DNA of 64,000 bases from a virus (IMGVR_UViG_3300028293_000005:9874-73873), one strand, 5' to 3'. Counted from the stretch's first letter, positions 28,227 through 38,712 are shown. Program-made: numbers and translations. Notes: a model not told the origin generated them from the sequence alone.

Positions 28227-29534
28227 ATGCCAACCGAACGTTTTACTCTTCTCCGGCAGAAATATCTGAATGAGCTTCGCAACAAGCCCACGCGTGAGTT
28301 GCTAAACCAATTGGACTCCGAAGACCTGCTCCATTATCTGCAGTCCCGAAAAATGCTGCGCGAAGAAGCCACAGCCAGCTCGCTCGCGCCGTTGATGCAC
28401 GAGACCGCCGCCCGCGAGGCACGTCAGAAGTTGGAGAACCTTAAAGCCGGCGGGTCACACGAGGCAATCGCGAAGCTACACTCCGAGACGGCCGGACATG
28501 AAGGCATGGAACTGCCGATGCGGACCGATGGCGTTTTGGACGTGCCGGCGGCGCTGAAGAATATCCAGACCGCGATTCAATCCAAGGAACAGCGAGACCT
28601 GGACCGCCAGCTTTTGCTCAACGCACACGAGCAGACGCAGACCACGGTGGAACCCTCCGGCCGCGAGACCGTGACCGGTCAGATGGTCACCAAGCAAGGG
28701 ACGCCAGTGAGCCCGATGCGAACGGTCTCGACCAAGGACGTCAACGCCCCCAAGGCGATTGACGAGCTGGTCTCGCAGAAGGATAAGAAAAACCACGAGC
28801 GCGGGCTGGACGTTTCCATTGGGGCGCTGCGCACCGCGAAGAACGTTTTGTCGAACCCCGCACCTTCGAACGCCGAGGATGGCGTTTTGATTGACGCGTT
28901 CCTGAAGGTGGCGAACCCGTCCGCGGTCATCCGGCCGTCGATGATTGAGTTCGTGAACAAGCAATCCCCGCTCGCGGACCAGCTGCGGAAAAAGTGGGAC
29001 CAGTATCTTTCGAACCCGAGCCACGACCAACTGCCCAGCGGCGCTATTTTGACCGAGAACGACCGCCGGCAGATGGCCAAGGCCTTTCAGTCTTTTAACC
29101 AAGCCATTTCTGAAGACTCGCGCGACCACTATAGTTTCCTCAAGCGGCGCGCAGAGAAGCAGAACCTCGGGCAAGACCTGGACGAAATTTTTTCGGACGA
29201 AGAGATGAACGTCATCAACGGCAAAAACTTTGTGGACTTGCCCAATCGCGCGAAGCCCGGAACGACCGTGACTACGGCTGCCCCGACTCCCGCGCCTGCG
29301 GCGCAGCCAATGGCGCCAGTCCCGGCCGCTCAGCCTGCAGCCGCGCCAGCCGCCCCGGCACCGCAAGCCAGTGCTCAAGGGGTCACGCCCGCGGCTGCAG
29401 GCGAGAAGCTGACGCAGCAAATCCCCACGGTGAACTCGCCCGACGAGGCCCCCGAGGACGCACAGTTTTATTTTTCGCCGGACGGTCGGAAGTTCGTTAA
29501 TCGGAAATACAAACCGCCGGTCGCCACGCCATAA
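28227..29534 (+). CDS. Internal virion (ejection) protein (putative)
   Basis: 435 aa, helical, Pro/Ala linker; podoviral position. Confidence 0.6.
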   Translation: MPTERFTLLRQKYLNELRNKPTRELLNQLDSEDLLHYLQSRKMLREEATASSLAPLMHETAAREARQKLENLKAGGSHEAIAKLHSETAGHEGMELPMRTDGVLDVPAALKNIQTAIQSKEQRDLDRQLLLNAHEQTQTTVEPSGRETVTGQMVTKQGTPVSPMRTVSTKDVNAPKAIDELVSQKDKKNHERGLDVSIGALRTAKNVLSNPAPSNAEDGVLIDAFLKVANPSAVIRPSMIEFVNKQSPLADQLRKKWDQYLSNPSHDQLPSGAILTENDRRQMAKAFQSFNQAISEDSRDHYSFLKRRAEKQNLGQDLDEIFSDEEMNVINGKNFVDLPNRAKPGTTVTTAAPTPAPAAQPMAPVPAAQPAAAPAAPAPQASAQGVTPAAAGEKLTQQIPTVNSPDEAPEDAQFYFSPDGRKFVNRKYKPPVATP

Positions 29535-29537
29535 TTT

Positions 29538-32500
29538 ATGCCCGTTCTGGAGGACATCGCCAAAGGCGAGCAATTCACCGACGTCCCTCTTCAGCCCGGG
29601 GACGTCAAGCCGGTTTTGAGTCAGGAAGACCTGTCCACCGAGCATGCAAAAATGCGCGAGGCCTTTCGCGCCAAGGGTCTGCCCTTGCCGCCCCTGGCTC
29701 CGGGCGAGAAGGAGACAGTTAAACCCGCGGACCCTTTTGCCGCCGAGCAGCAGGTCCCTCACGACAAGTTCGCCGGGGAACAGCAAGTGCAGGACCCCTT
29801 CAAGGGTCAACGGCAGGCCGACGCCCTGGACGAGCGCACGCCCCAAGACTTGGCCAAGGACCCGAACTTTAAGATTCACGACTTCATTTTCGCGAATAAG
29901 GACAACATCTTTGGTGACCCTCAGCGATATCAAAAGGCGCTGGACACCTATCGCGAGTCGCAGGCCCAGGGAATCACGGCCGCGAAAACTATTGAGTCCG
30001 TCAAGAAGGAAACGATTCCCTTGCTGAAGGATATCATCAAGTCCATTCCGAAACGTTTGGAGAACATCAGCGACATTGCTGTCTCGCCGCTGATTGCTGA
30101 AGCCATTGGGAAAGTTCAAAGCCCTGAGAAGCGCGCCCAGTGGGAAGACATGGCGGAAGCGGACAAAGAAAAAGCCATTGCGGAGGCCATTGCCGGCACG
30201 CAGACTGCCGTGGGCTCGCTCCAGGACATGGTGCGACAAGGGACCCGCAAGCTGTTAGGCCCCGCTCTCGAATTCGGTGGCAAGAAAGACTGGCGCAAAA
30301 TTTCTGACGACGAAGTAAAAAATGAGCTATTCAAAGACCTCGGTTGGCGCGAAACCGTCGAAGGCCTCTCGCGCGGCGAAGGCGTCCAAGACCTCGTTGA
30401 CAAGGGTGTGCAGCTCAACCCGGAAAACATCAAGCTCCTCAGCCTCACAGACCCGATTACCTTGGTCGCCACTGGCGCGGGACTGAAAGCGGTCGGCGCG
30501 GCTGGCAAGGTTCTTTTTACTGCCGCGGATGAAGCCGGCGCGAACGCCGCTCTGGGCTACCTCGGTCGCCAAGCGGGAACCGCAGCGGCTAAGGGCGCAC
30601 AGCTCGCGGGCCGCGGGGCGGAAGTGACCGGTCAGGTCATCGGCAAGGCCGCTCACCTGCCGACGTTCACTGCCGCCGGTCTGGGCTCTGGCCACTTCTT
30701 CAAGGCAATGGCTGCGGCCGGCGCCGGAAAGCTGGCTGGCAAAATCATCGAGAAGGGCGGCACCCTCCTCCGCGAGGTTGGCGAAGCCGCTGGGGCGCCT
30801 GCCGAAGGCCAACTTTCGTTGGGCCTTGAACAGACGACCGGCGCAAAAGTTTTGAACGCGGCAAAAGCCGCGACTGCAGTTGTTGCACCGCCCGTGGTTG
30901 GCGCCGTCAAAGGCGCGGCAGCGACCGCTCCGCTTGCATTCGCCACCGACGAACCGCAAGGCGGTCTGCTCGGTGTCGGTGCGGTGGGCGGCGCTGTTCA
31001 CGGAACCGTCTCTGGCATCAAAGGCGCGGTGGCCGAGGCTGGAGCCAAGCGATATTTTGACCCCGGACAAATCACCTGGGAAAAGACGCCTTCGCCCGGG
31101 TATGACAACTTCTCGGCCATGAATGCGGTCCATGACCAAGTGGCCGCGAGCGCGCCCGAGAACGCGCGGAACATGGTGAACAGCCTTAGGGAGACTTTGC
31201 GCCCCTTCGGAAAGAAACTCTTTTTGGTAGACGACGCCACGTATCAAAAGGCAATCGAGAACGATGCCGTGCGCGCGAACGGTGGCCAGCCCTTGTCTCC
31301 CGAGCAGCAGGCCGCGGTCGCCGAGGAATCCAAGTCCCGCGGCGTCTCGAAGATTTTCATGGCCGATGACGCCGGCAAGGGAGAGATGGTCACGCTGGTC
31401 AAATCGACCGAGGACGCTCCGCATGAGGTCTCCCATGTTTTGGAATCCGTCCTGGCGCCCGACGCGCGAAAAGCGTTACACGATTCCGTCCGCGAAAATT
31501 ATTCCGGCGACGAACTGCAACAGCTCAAGGACCATTACGAATCCCAGCTCGGCCGGAAGATGACGCCCGATGAAGTTGAAAGCGAATTCATCGCGGACAA
31601 CTGGGCGAACCTGCTTTACAACACCTCACTCGAATCGCTGGGGCTTCCGGCTCCGCGCCGCGGGTTCAAGCAGGTGATGCTCGATGCGTCTTTAGCCCTA
31701 GGGAACGCGCTTGGCGCGGACATGACCGCCGGCCGGAAAACTCCTGGATTAGACATCCAGCCCTCGTATTCTTTGCGCAAGCGACTCGTCGAAGCGTCCG
31801 GGGACATTTTGAGCGAGAGCAACCGTCTCGCCGCACAGCAGGCCACAGCTCCCGAAGTGAAGCTAGCCGCCCCAGAGGCCGCGGCTACCGTCACACCCGA
31901 GGAAGTGAAACCCGCGGCCCCGCCGTCCGAAGTCAAAATCCAGACGCCCGTGGAACCTGCCGCGCAGGGCGAACTCAATTTCGAACCGTCGGCCAAACCC
32001 GAAGCGGCACCGGCTGCGCCCCCTCCCGCGCCGGCACCCGCAGAAGAGGCTCCACCGACGGTTCGTCCAGATAAATCCGCGCGCCGCGCAGAGGTGACCA
32101 ATACCGGGGTCGCCATGAAGTGGGCCGAGGACAAGCCCAACCGCGACGTCGTTGACACGGTCAACCAAGCCTTGGACGAAAAAGTCGGCCTAAAGGTGGA
32201 GCACTCCGGTGCGCCTACTGAGGTGTTCCAGCCCACGGAGCCAGAGCGCGAGGCTGAGATTGAAGCCGGCCGGGGGTTGCCTCCCGACTTGCGCGAGCAG
32301 CATTCCAAGGAACTCCGGCCAACCCGCTGGGAGACCATGAAGTCCGGCGAGCCGCAGCTCATTGCGCGCAGCACGGACAAAGTTTTGGCCAACGTTGACC
32401 GCGCGGTGCAATGGGCGAAAAGGACCGGCGAGACCGTGCCGTGGGAAACGGATGCCCAGGGCGCGCTGACTCCCGCTGGCGCAGACCAGCTTTTGGCGGA

Positions 32501-35500
32501 CCTGAACACATATTGGGATAACCAGGACCGCGGGTTCCGTGGCGGCGGTGAAAAACTCGTCCGCCCGCCCGCCAAACTGGGCGCGTCCATCCCCGCCGAA
32601 CAGGGCGAGGGCGTTCCTCTGGGCGCGGATAAGGAGCAATGGCTTAATCTTTTGCAGGGCAGGGAAACTGGCCCGCCCGTGACGGCGCGTGCTGGCAAGG
32701 GACTCCCAGCGAACATCAAGGCGCAGGAAATCCGCGCGGCCCAGGGATTGCCCAGCGAGCGCATTACCGGCGGCGTCAACATTCCGGTCTACCCGGAAAA
32801 GGTCACCGGCGGTCGTGGCGCGGTTGAGGTCAAGGAAACCAACCCCCTGCGCAACCGTCTACGGGCTGCAGGCATGCCGGTGGGCGACCTGCACACGGTC
32901 GTCGAGCGGCTGAATGCGACGGACCTTTTGAAGGCAGAACGCCGGCCAGAGCTGACCGGTCGCGGCGGCTCCACCGATATCACGCGCGCGGGATTTTTGA
33001 CAGAGAAGCCCGTGAGCGAAACCATCGACGAGGTGGTGAACGACTCGCCAAAACAATGGCAGAACCGATTTGGACCGAACGCGACCCTGACTGGCTCGGC
33101 GTATGACTTGGGGTTGGGTTTGAAAAACCCGGCGGACCTGAAGTCGCTGATGGACGCCCAGGACGCCGCGGTGAAAACCGCACAGGCGTCCATGGCCGAA
33201 GTGCGTGCTGGCAATTTCGACGCTTTGGACCGCGCGTCCGCTGACGCGACCAAGGCACAATTTTTCCGAGAAGCTGTCGAAGCGGCCACGGACTCCGGCT
33301 CGGCTGCCGGTCCAGCCGGTTGGCGTCGTTCACGGCCGAACAGTCAACCGCCATTCGCCACGCCGGAGTCCCGCAAGGGGTTCCTGACCGAGGAAAAGCC
33401 GGCCGAAGGCGAGCCCGATGCAATCAAGCAAGCGTCCATCCGCACCAAAGGCGGGCAGGTATTCACCGGCTCGTGGCACGGAGAAGCCTTGGACAATTTT
33501 TACGAAGCGGCGCGCAAGGGCGAGGTCAAAGACCTGCCCGCAGGCACGAACCTGACGGACCCTGACCCTTCAGGTTTGTATTCGTCCGGCTACCTGACCG
33601 ACGGATTCAACACGAAGTCCGGAAAATTTTTGGACCGCGCCCAGGCCCTGGAGCATTCCGTCAAAATCGGACAGTTCAAACCAGCCGATAAGGGCAACAT
33701 CGCGCGCACAGGCGAACTCGAAGCGAATGAGTTCACTGGACGCCGGGCTTTTCTCACGCCGGAGCCGTTGAAAAAAATTCAAGAGGGAGAAGACGGCACG
33801 GGCGAGACCTTCGACCGTCGCGGAAAAGTGAAGGACATTGCCGGCAAGCCATTGCTCGTGGTGACCTTGAGCAGCCGAGACGTCCCGCGGAGTCTTCTGT
33901 CGAACAAGGACCTGATTGATTCTTTCAAAGATGTTCCTGGGCACGTTCCCAACGTGGCCCTCGGCGTTTTTAACATCGCTCGACGGGGACCCAAAGGAGA
34001 ACCGTTGACCTCGGTTGATTTGAATGTTTTGGTTCCCAAAGAACACTTGGAGAACGCAATCAAGTTCGCGCGCGACAACAATCAAGAATCCATCTGGGAT
34101 GCGGAGAAGAGTGAACTGATTCCCACTGGCGGAACCGGGGAATCGAAATTGCGGGCCGAAGACTTTCCTGACGTGGCTCAAAAACTTGTGAAGGGTGAGC
34201 CTATTGACGTGGAAGCGCGCGGCGGCAACCTGACCGAGACGCCGGTTCCGGAAATTCCGACGGACGAAGAAATCACGGACGCCCTGTCCGTGGACAAGCG
34301 TCCCTTTGTCGGAGAACACCGTGACCTGGACCCCGGCACTCCCGTCGGTGTCCGCATCGACATTCCCGCGTATAACCGCACGGGCAAGTTCGTGCAGACG
34401 ATTCACGAAAAGGCCAGCGGTGGTCAAGTCGGCAAGCGCATTGGCTACGATTCGATTGTCACGCTCGATGACCCAACCTTTTTCAGCAACGAGAAGGGCG
34501 CCCGCAAAATCAAAGAGGGCGCTGCGAAGTTTCCGATTGCGACTGTCGAGGGCAAGTTTAATCCGGACCGGGAAGTTCCGGCGGACCTGGAAGATTGGAC
34601 CGCGGTCGGATTCAACCCCACGAAGCACTCCTACTTTTACGACAAGGCTACGGACGAGCCTGTGACGGGCGGCAGCAAGGCCGTCTCTGTGGGCAACACG
34701 GTGTATGTCAAAGACGCCACGTTCGGGACCAAAGCCGAGGTGCAGGCGCGCGGGGGTTACCTGACCCCGGAGAACACCAACGTCACGCAGAAAAAGAAAC
34801 CCGGGACGCCGGAATACAACGATTACGTCACGAACAAAATCGAGAAGTCCAAGCAGTTCCCCGAGGCGCACCCGTTGCAGTTCGTGACGGACGATAAGGG
34901 CGACTACATGGCCCAGTGGGACGGCGAACCACTACCAATCAAGCGGCCCTACGATTTGTTTCACTCGGATTTGGCAGAAAAATCCGGGTCAAAAGAAGCG
35001 TATCGCAAGGACCTCGCCGCGAAAGTTGACGCTGCTTATCTCGAAGCGAAAAAGAACCCGGACGTCCATGCCGGCGAGACTTGGTATTCGGAATATCGGG
35101 CCAAGGCCAAAAATCTTTTGGGCGACGACATGCAACTTTTCGCCGAACTGTTGGGCGCTACGTCTCCGCAACAGCTCGTCGGCCCGAACTTCAAGGACGC
35201 GCTTGCTGCGTATAACGAATTCCGGAAGGGCGCCTACGATGACATGCTCAAGAAGTATCAGGAAGGCAAACAGAAGTATGCCGCCGGAGATATTTCCGAT
35301 TACATGGAAGCCAAGACGCGCGAGAAACAAGAGCGGCTGGTAGCGAAGCGCGACGCGGGCAAGCTTTCCGCCGAGGAGTTCGCGGCCCAGGAAGCCAAGA
35401 ACAAAAAGAAGGGCATCGAGGAGCCAACCAAACAGGCTTACCTGAACTGGTGGCAAGAAACGAACAACCTGATTCCGACGAAGGAGACGGGGAAAAAGTT

Positions 35501-35993
35501 CGGCATGAACTCGCGCGCCGTGCTTCGCGTGCTGGGCCGCTCCTGGTTGCAAGGTGTCGAGGGTCCGAAGACCCCGAACTTCACTGGGAACCTCTCAGGT
35601 GCGTCTTTCAAGGCAACCATTGACGTGTGGGCCATGCGTCTGTTGCACCGTCTCTCCAATGAGGAATCCGGCAAGCCCTGGCGCATTCAATCCGCCAACG
35701 AGACGGGTATCGCTGACCCGGAATTTTTCTTCGGCCAGGACGTGATGCAGGACGTCGCCGACAAGCACGGAATCCAGGCCGACGCGCTGCAGGCAATCCT
35801 TTGGTTCGCGGAGAAGGACCATTACGAGAAGAACGGCTGGGTCAAGTCCGCCGGCAAGGAGAAGTCCGATTACAACTCGCTCATCGCGAAGACGACCAAA
35901 ACACCCGAGGGCTTCCTCTCGCTGAAAGAGGTTGAAAAGAAGCCGAAAGGTGGTAAAGTAAAGAAGGCCGTTTTACCCGAGACCACACCATGA
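29538..35993 (+). CDS. Large polyvalent internal virion protein (2151 aa) with HExxH metallopeptidase and serial cargo modules
   Basis: HEVSH at 31422-31436 with downstream EFIAD; repeated RxG(F/Y/N)LT linkers; last large gene of ejection cluster. Confidence 0.7.
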   Translation: MPVLEDIAKGEQFTDVPLQPGDVKPVLSQEDLSTEHAKMREAFRAKGLPLPPLAPGEKETVKPADPFAAEQQVPHDKFAGEQQVQDPFKGQRQADALDERTPQDLAKDPNFKIHDFIFANKDNIFGDPQRYQKALDTYRESQAQGITAAKTIESVKKETIPLLKDIIKSIPKRLENISDIAVSPLIAEAIGKVQSPEKRAQWEDMAEADKEKAIAEAIAGTQTAVGSLQDMVRQGTRKLLGPALEFGGKKDWRKISDDEVKNELFKDLGWRETVEGLSRGEGVQDLVDKGVQLNPENIKLLSLTDPITLVATGAGLKAVGAAGKVLFTAADEAGANAALGYLGRQAGTAAAKGAQLAGRGAEVTGQVIGKAAHLPTFTAAGLGSGHFFKAMAAAGAGKLAGKIIEKGGTLLREVGEAAGAPAEGQLSLGLEQTTGAKVLNAAKAATAVVAPPVVGAVKGAAATAPLAFATDEPQGGLLGVGAVGGAVHGTVSGIKGAVAEAGAKRYFDPGQITWEKTPSPGYDNFSAMNAVHDQVAASAPENARNMVNSLRETLRPFGKKLFLVDDATYQKAIENDAVRANGGQPLSPEQQAAVAEESKSRGVSKIFMADDAGKGEMVTLVKSTEDAPHEVSHVLESVLAPDARKALHDSVRENYSGDELQQLKDHYESQLGRKMTPDEVESEFIADNWANLLYNTSLESLGLPAPRRGFKQVMLDASLALGNALGADMTAGRKTPGLDIQPSYSLRKRLVEASGDILSESNRLAAQQATAPEVKLAAPEAAATVTPEEVKPAAPPSEVKIQTPVEPAAQGELNFEPSAKPEAAPAAPPPAPAPAEEAPPTVRPDKSARRAEVTNTGVAMKWAEDKPNRDVVDTVNQALDEKVGLKVEHSGAPTEVFQPTEPEREAEIEAGRGLPPDLREQHSKELRPTRWETMKSGEPQLIARSTDKVLANVDRAVQWAKRTGETVPWETDAQGALTPAGADQLLADLNTYWDNQDRGFRGGGEKLVRPPAKLGASIPAEQGEGVPLGADKEQWLNLLQGRETGPPVTARAGKGLPANIKAQEIRAAQGLPSERITGGVNIPVYPEKVTGGRGAVEVKETNPLRNRLRAAGMPVGDLHTVVERLNATDLLKAERRPELTGRGGSTDITRAGFLTEKPVSETIDEVVNDSPKQWQNRFGPNATLTGSAYDLGLGLKNPADLKSLMDAQDAAVKTAQASMAEVRAGNFDALDRASADATKAQFFREAVEAATDSGSAAGPAGWRRSRPNSQPPFATPESRKGFLTEEKPAEGEPDAIKQASIRTKGGQVFTGSWHGEALDNFYEAARKGEVKDLPAGTNLTDPDPSGLYSSGYLTDGFNTKSGKFLDRAQALEHSVKIGQFKPADKGNIARTGELEANEFTGRRAFLTPEPLKKIQEGEDGTGETFDRRGKVKDIAGKPLLVVTLSSRDVPRSLLSNKDLIDSFKDVPGHVPNVALGVFNIARRGPKGEPLTSVDLNVLVPKEHLENAIKFARDNNQESIWDAEKSELIPTGGTGESKLRAEDFPDVAQKLVKGEPIDVEARGGNLTETPVPEIPTDEEITDALSVDKRPFVGEHRDLDPGTPVGVRIDIPAYNRTGKFVQTIHEKASGGQVGKRIGYDSIVTLDDPTFFSNEKGARKIKEGAAKFPIATVEGKFNPDREVPADLEDWTAVGFNPTKHSYFYDKATDEPVTGGSKAVSVGNTVYVKDATFGTKAEVQARGGYLTPENTNVTQKKKPGTPEYNDYVTNKIEKSKQFPEAHPLQFVTDDKGDYMAQWDGEPLPIKRPYDLFHSDLAEKSGSKEAYRKDLAAKVDAAYLEAKKNPDVHAGETWYSEYRAKAKNLLGDDMQLFAELLGATSPQQLVGPNFKDALAAYNEFRKGAYDDMLKKYQEGKQKYAAGDISDYMEAKTREKQERLVAKRDAGKLSAEEFAAQEAKNKKKGIEEPTKQAYLNWWQETNNLIPTKETGKKFGMNSRAVLRVLGRSWLQGVEGPKTPNFTGNLSGASFKATIDVWAMRLLHRLSNEESGKPWRIQSANETGIADPEFFFGQDVMQDVADKHGIQADALQAILWFAEKDHYEKNGWVKSAGKEKSDYNSLIAKTTKTPEGFLSLKEVEKKPKGGKVKKAVLPETTP

Positions 35994-36163
35994 AAGAACT
36001 AACTTTGGAAGACTTCGACCTCACTCCCGAGGAACTCGCCCGGCTTGTGGCCGGCGCCCAGCGGCACTTCCCCGCGCGCGATGACGACGGCAACCTGTCG
36101 GACACCAGCCCGGATGAGGCGCAAAGCCCCATTGACAACTCAGACATTCACCCCACTTCTTAA
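35990..36163 (+). CDS. 57-aa acidic protein (not in ORF track)
   Basis: ATGA overlap with the polyvalent gene stop; hand translation MKELTLEDFDLTPEELARL... Confidence 0.45.
   Translation: MKELTLEDFDLTPEELARLVAGAQRHFPARDDDGNLSDTSPDEAQSPIDNSDIHPTS
36132..36160 (+). promoter_or_regulatory. Phage-type promoter TTGACA-N16-CACTTCT
   Basis: Exact 16-nt spacer; ATG at 36166. Confidence 0.75.
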
Positions 36164-36165
36164 TT

Positions 36166-36804
36166 ATGGTCAGTCCCAATGACATTCAGCCCGTCGCCGA
36201 CACCTCCGCGCCGGCACCCATCGAACCCCAGGCCGCGGCGCCCGCTCCCGAGGCCCCGGCGCCGGAGGAAAAGTCCGTGCTGCCTGAGGCCGTCCTGAAG
36301 ATTCCAGCCATGAACGCGCTTTTGCAGGGTTCCCCGCCGGCCACCTACGCGCCGCTCAAGTCGAAAACGCCTGAGATTGAAACACTTTCGAAAAACGCCG
36401 AGGCGCTGAAGAAGGCCGGATTCGCTGCTTTCAAGTCCGAGTCGAAGCCCGGTAATTTCATCATGTTCAATGGGTTAGCCATTAAACCGGACGAAATTGT
36501 CCAGGCCGATAAGTCCGGCCAGCTCGACTCCGTGGCCGTCCCATTTGACCAGTTGCTGCAGTCCTTCGAGCAGGCCCGAAACGACGCTCAACCCACCGAC
36601 GGGGAGGGGGCGCCCGCTGCGCAGGCTGCCCCAGGCGGGGCGAGCGCACCTCCGGTAGGGTCTGAGGTCCCCCCGCTACCCGCGGGCGCCCAGAAGCGCG
36701 CCATGAGCGCGCGGGTGGCCAATCTAGTCCCAGGGGGACCCACCAGCGGGCCGGCTCCGGGCCGGGGTCGCATTCTCAATGCGATATCAACTCCGGTCGT
36801 GTAG
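36166..36804 (+). CDS. Hypothetical Pro/Ala-rich protein, last + strand gene
   Basis: Own promoter; converges with the early arm. Confidence 0.65.
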   Translation: MVSPNDIQPVADTSAPAPIEPQAAAPAPEAPAPEEKSVLPEAVLKIPAMNALLQGSPPATYAPLKSKTPEIETLSKNAEALKKAGFAAFKSESKPGNFIMFNGLAIKPDEIVQADKSGQLDSVAVPFDQLLQSFEQARNDAQPTDGEGAPAAQAAPGGASAPPVGSEVPPLPAGAQKRAMSARVANLVPGGPTSGPAPGRGRILNAISTPVV

Positions 36805-37270
36805 CCGGAGGCGGGAAATTTAGGGCTTCAGGGAAGAAGCCGGCGGCCAGGGCCGCGGCGTCATACGCCCTGGCAGCGTCTTCTTCAGATTCGAAAAGTC
36901 CGAGGTGTTTCCTCGCAATCTTTACCTTCCATTTGCCGGCCGGGGGATGCCAAAATACACCTCGGAACCTGCTTGTAGCGCCCGGGGTTTTTCGCCTGAA
37001 TGCCCGGTTGTTTTGACATGGAGCGGCGGGTCGAAGATTATCCCGCCGGTTGTCCAGCCCGTCCCCGTTGACATGGTCAACCCCCGGGTGCCCTAAAAGG
37101 GTTTGATGCAAATATACGTGCTTTTTGCCTATCCGTCGGGATGCATAAAACAGCCGCCACCCACAACGCACCGCATGCCATTTGAACCGGCCGACAAGCT
37201 CAAAATCGGCGAAGTCGATAATGGCCACCTTCCCTTGCGTCAGGGGTAGAAAAACAATCGCATCACTCAT
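36776..37270 (-). CDS. HNH-AP2 homing endonuclease
   Basis: VDHVNGDGLDNRRDNLR; SRFRGVFW..HLGLFESEEDAARAYD. Confidence 0.9.
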   Translation of the reverse strand: MSDAIVFLPLTQGKVAIIDFADFELVGRFKWHAVRCGWRLFYASRRIGKKHVYLHQTLLGHPGVDHVNGDGLDNRRDNLRPAAPCQNNRAFRRKTPGATSRFRGVFWHPPAGKWKVKIARKHLGLFESEEDAARAYDAAALAAGFFPEALNFPPPATRPELISH

Positions 37271-38352
37271 AACGTTTCCCAGCCTCGGTTCCAAAGAGTT
37301 TCCAGCCGCCGAAAATAAGTCTCATATCTGTGTTTGATGGTCTCCATTGAATACTCCCGGATTGCTCTGTTCCGGATGTATCGCCGGTCCAGTGTTTCAA
37401 CGTCTCGAACAGCCTGCACAAATTCACCCAGCATGGTGCAATGAAAGCCAGTCCTTCCGTGCTCGACCGTTTCTATCATTCCGCCCCAAGGCGTGGAAAT
37501 AACCGGAGTGCCACAAAGCTGGGCCTCCACTGCAACACACCCGAATGGCTCCAAATATAGAGTTGGGCAAAATACAGCCTTGGCCCGCGCCATGAGTTGA
37601 TTCCGGACCTGCCAACTCACCGGCCCGAGGAACTCGTGACCGCCGGCCGGCGGCATGGCGTTCGCATCGTGCCCGATGATTTTCAACTTCACCCCCGCCG
37701 CCGTGGCCGCTTGGCAGGCAATCCCCACGCCCTTCTCATATATGAGGCGCCCGACGAACAGGCAATAATCTTCGTGCCGGTCACAAAAGGGGAACCGGTT
37801 TGTATCAAAAAACACCGGGATGACAGTATCGAAAAAACGACCGTTGAGAATGTTCTGGGCGCCATAGGCGACATGTCTCCACGCATGGCTCTCGAACACC
37901 CGGCAGGGAGCGAAGTTGCCGACGTAGCCAATAGAATATTCCACGCCGAGCATTTGCCGTTGCTCCAGGTTCAGGCACGCGTCAAAAATTGGTTTCTGCG
38001 CCAGCCCGCCGATGGTCAACAGCATGTCCTTGTGCTGTTGGCGGGCCTGAATTTCGCGAATTGCGTTCGCATTGGAGACTTGAAAGAGTGCGGTCTTGTA
38101 ATCGATGCGGGCGTGCTGGTAAGCGGACTTCCCCAGGAGTTTTTTCCGCACGTCGTCGGCGATTATGGGAACGAACTCGTCGCACGGAATATCGGAGCCC
38201 GCGGCCCCGTAAAACGTGACGTGATGCCCGAGGTCCTTCATCATCCGGCAGAACCGTCCGCCGGCCGCGGAGAACCCACAGAGGGAAAACGCATCGTCCC
38301 GAGTGACCGGCGCGTTAGGAAGACCCAAAATATGTAGCCGGAGGGGTGCCAT
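37267..38352 (-). CDS. Glycosyltransferase family 4 (GT-B)
   Basis: LFVGRLIYEKG; EPFGCVAVEAQLCGTPVI..GGMIETVEHGRTGF. Confidence 0.9.
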   Translation of the reverse strand: MAPLRLHILGLPNAPVTRDDAFSLCGFSAAGGRFCRMMKDLGHHVTFYGAAGSDIPCDEFVPIIADDVRKKLLGKSAYQHARIDYKTALFQVSNANAIREIQARQQHKDMLLTIGGLAQKPIFDACLNLEQRQMLGVEYSIGYVGNFAPCRVFESHAWRHVAYGAQNILNGRFFDTVIPVFFDTNRFPFCDRHEDYCLFVGRLIYEKGVGIACQAATAAGVKLKIIGHDANAMPPAGGHEFLGPVSWQVRNQLMARAKAVFCPTLYLEPFGCVAVEAQLCGTPVISTPWGGMIETVEHGRTGFHCTMLGEFVQAVRDVETLDRRYIRNRAIREYSMETIKHRYETYFRRLETLWNRGWETL

Positions 38353-38518
38353 AAGGTCGCAATTCACAAGAACACGGCAAGGTAATTCCGCCTAGGCCGG
38401 GCTCACAGTGCGGGGCCGGGCTCATGCCTTCGCGATATAGCCAGTAAGTTGCCCAGCGTCGGTGAGCGTGACACCAAAACTTGAACCGGGTAGTATTTTT
38501 CTCGTAGCGGGGCTTCAT
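38315..38518 (-). CDS. Small Cys/His hypothetical protein
   Basis: ATGA coupling to upstream gene. Confidence 0.45.
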   Translation of the reverse strand: MKPRYEKNTTRFKFWCHAHRRWATYWLYREGMSPAPHCEPGLGGITLPCSCELRPYGTPPATYFGSS

Positions 38519-38712
38519 GTGGTCAGTGCAGCAGAAACGTCTTCGAAACTTCCACCGTCTTCGTGATGCTGGAAGTAATGCCTCCCGATGCAAACCTCGC
38601 CGGCCTCTTCCCAGCCATAATGGCCCTGGTCATAACGACGAACGACCATCGGGACGTCTCCGTATTGAGCCTTGAGATTTTCCAGCTCCGCGATTACTTC
38701 ACTAATTTTCAT
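38515..38712 (-). CDS. Small hypothetical protein
   Basis: MKISEVIAELENLKAQYGDVPMVV, a common phage small-protein start. Confidence 0.65.
   Translation of the reverse strand: MKISEVIAELENLKAQYGDVPMVVRRYDQGHYGWEEAGEVCIGRHYFQHHEDGGSFEDVSAALTT

Noticed and set aside
28476-34871. Long antisense ORFs (587, 369, 388 and 433 aa) opposite the ejection genes, and similar ones elsewhere
   Set aside because: Shadow frames expected from GC3-rich coding on the other strand; no motifs or start signals
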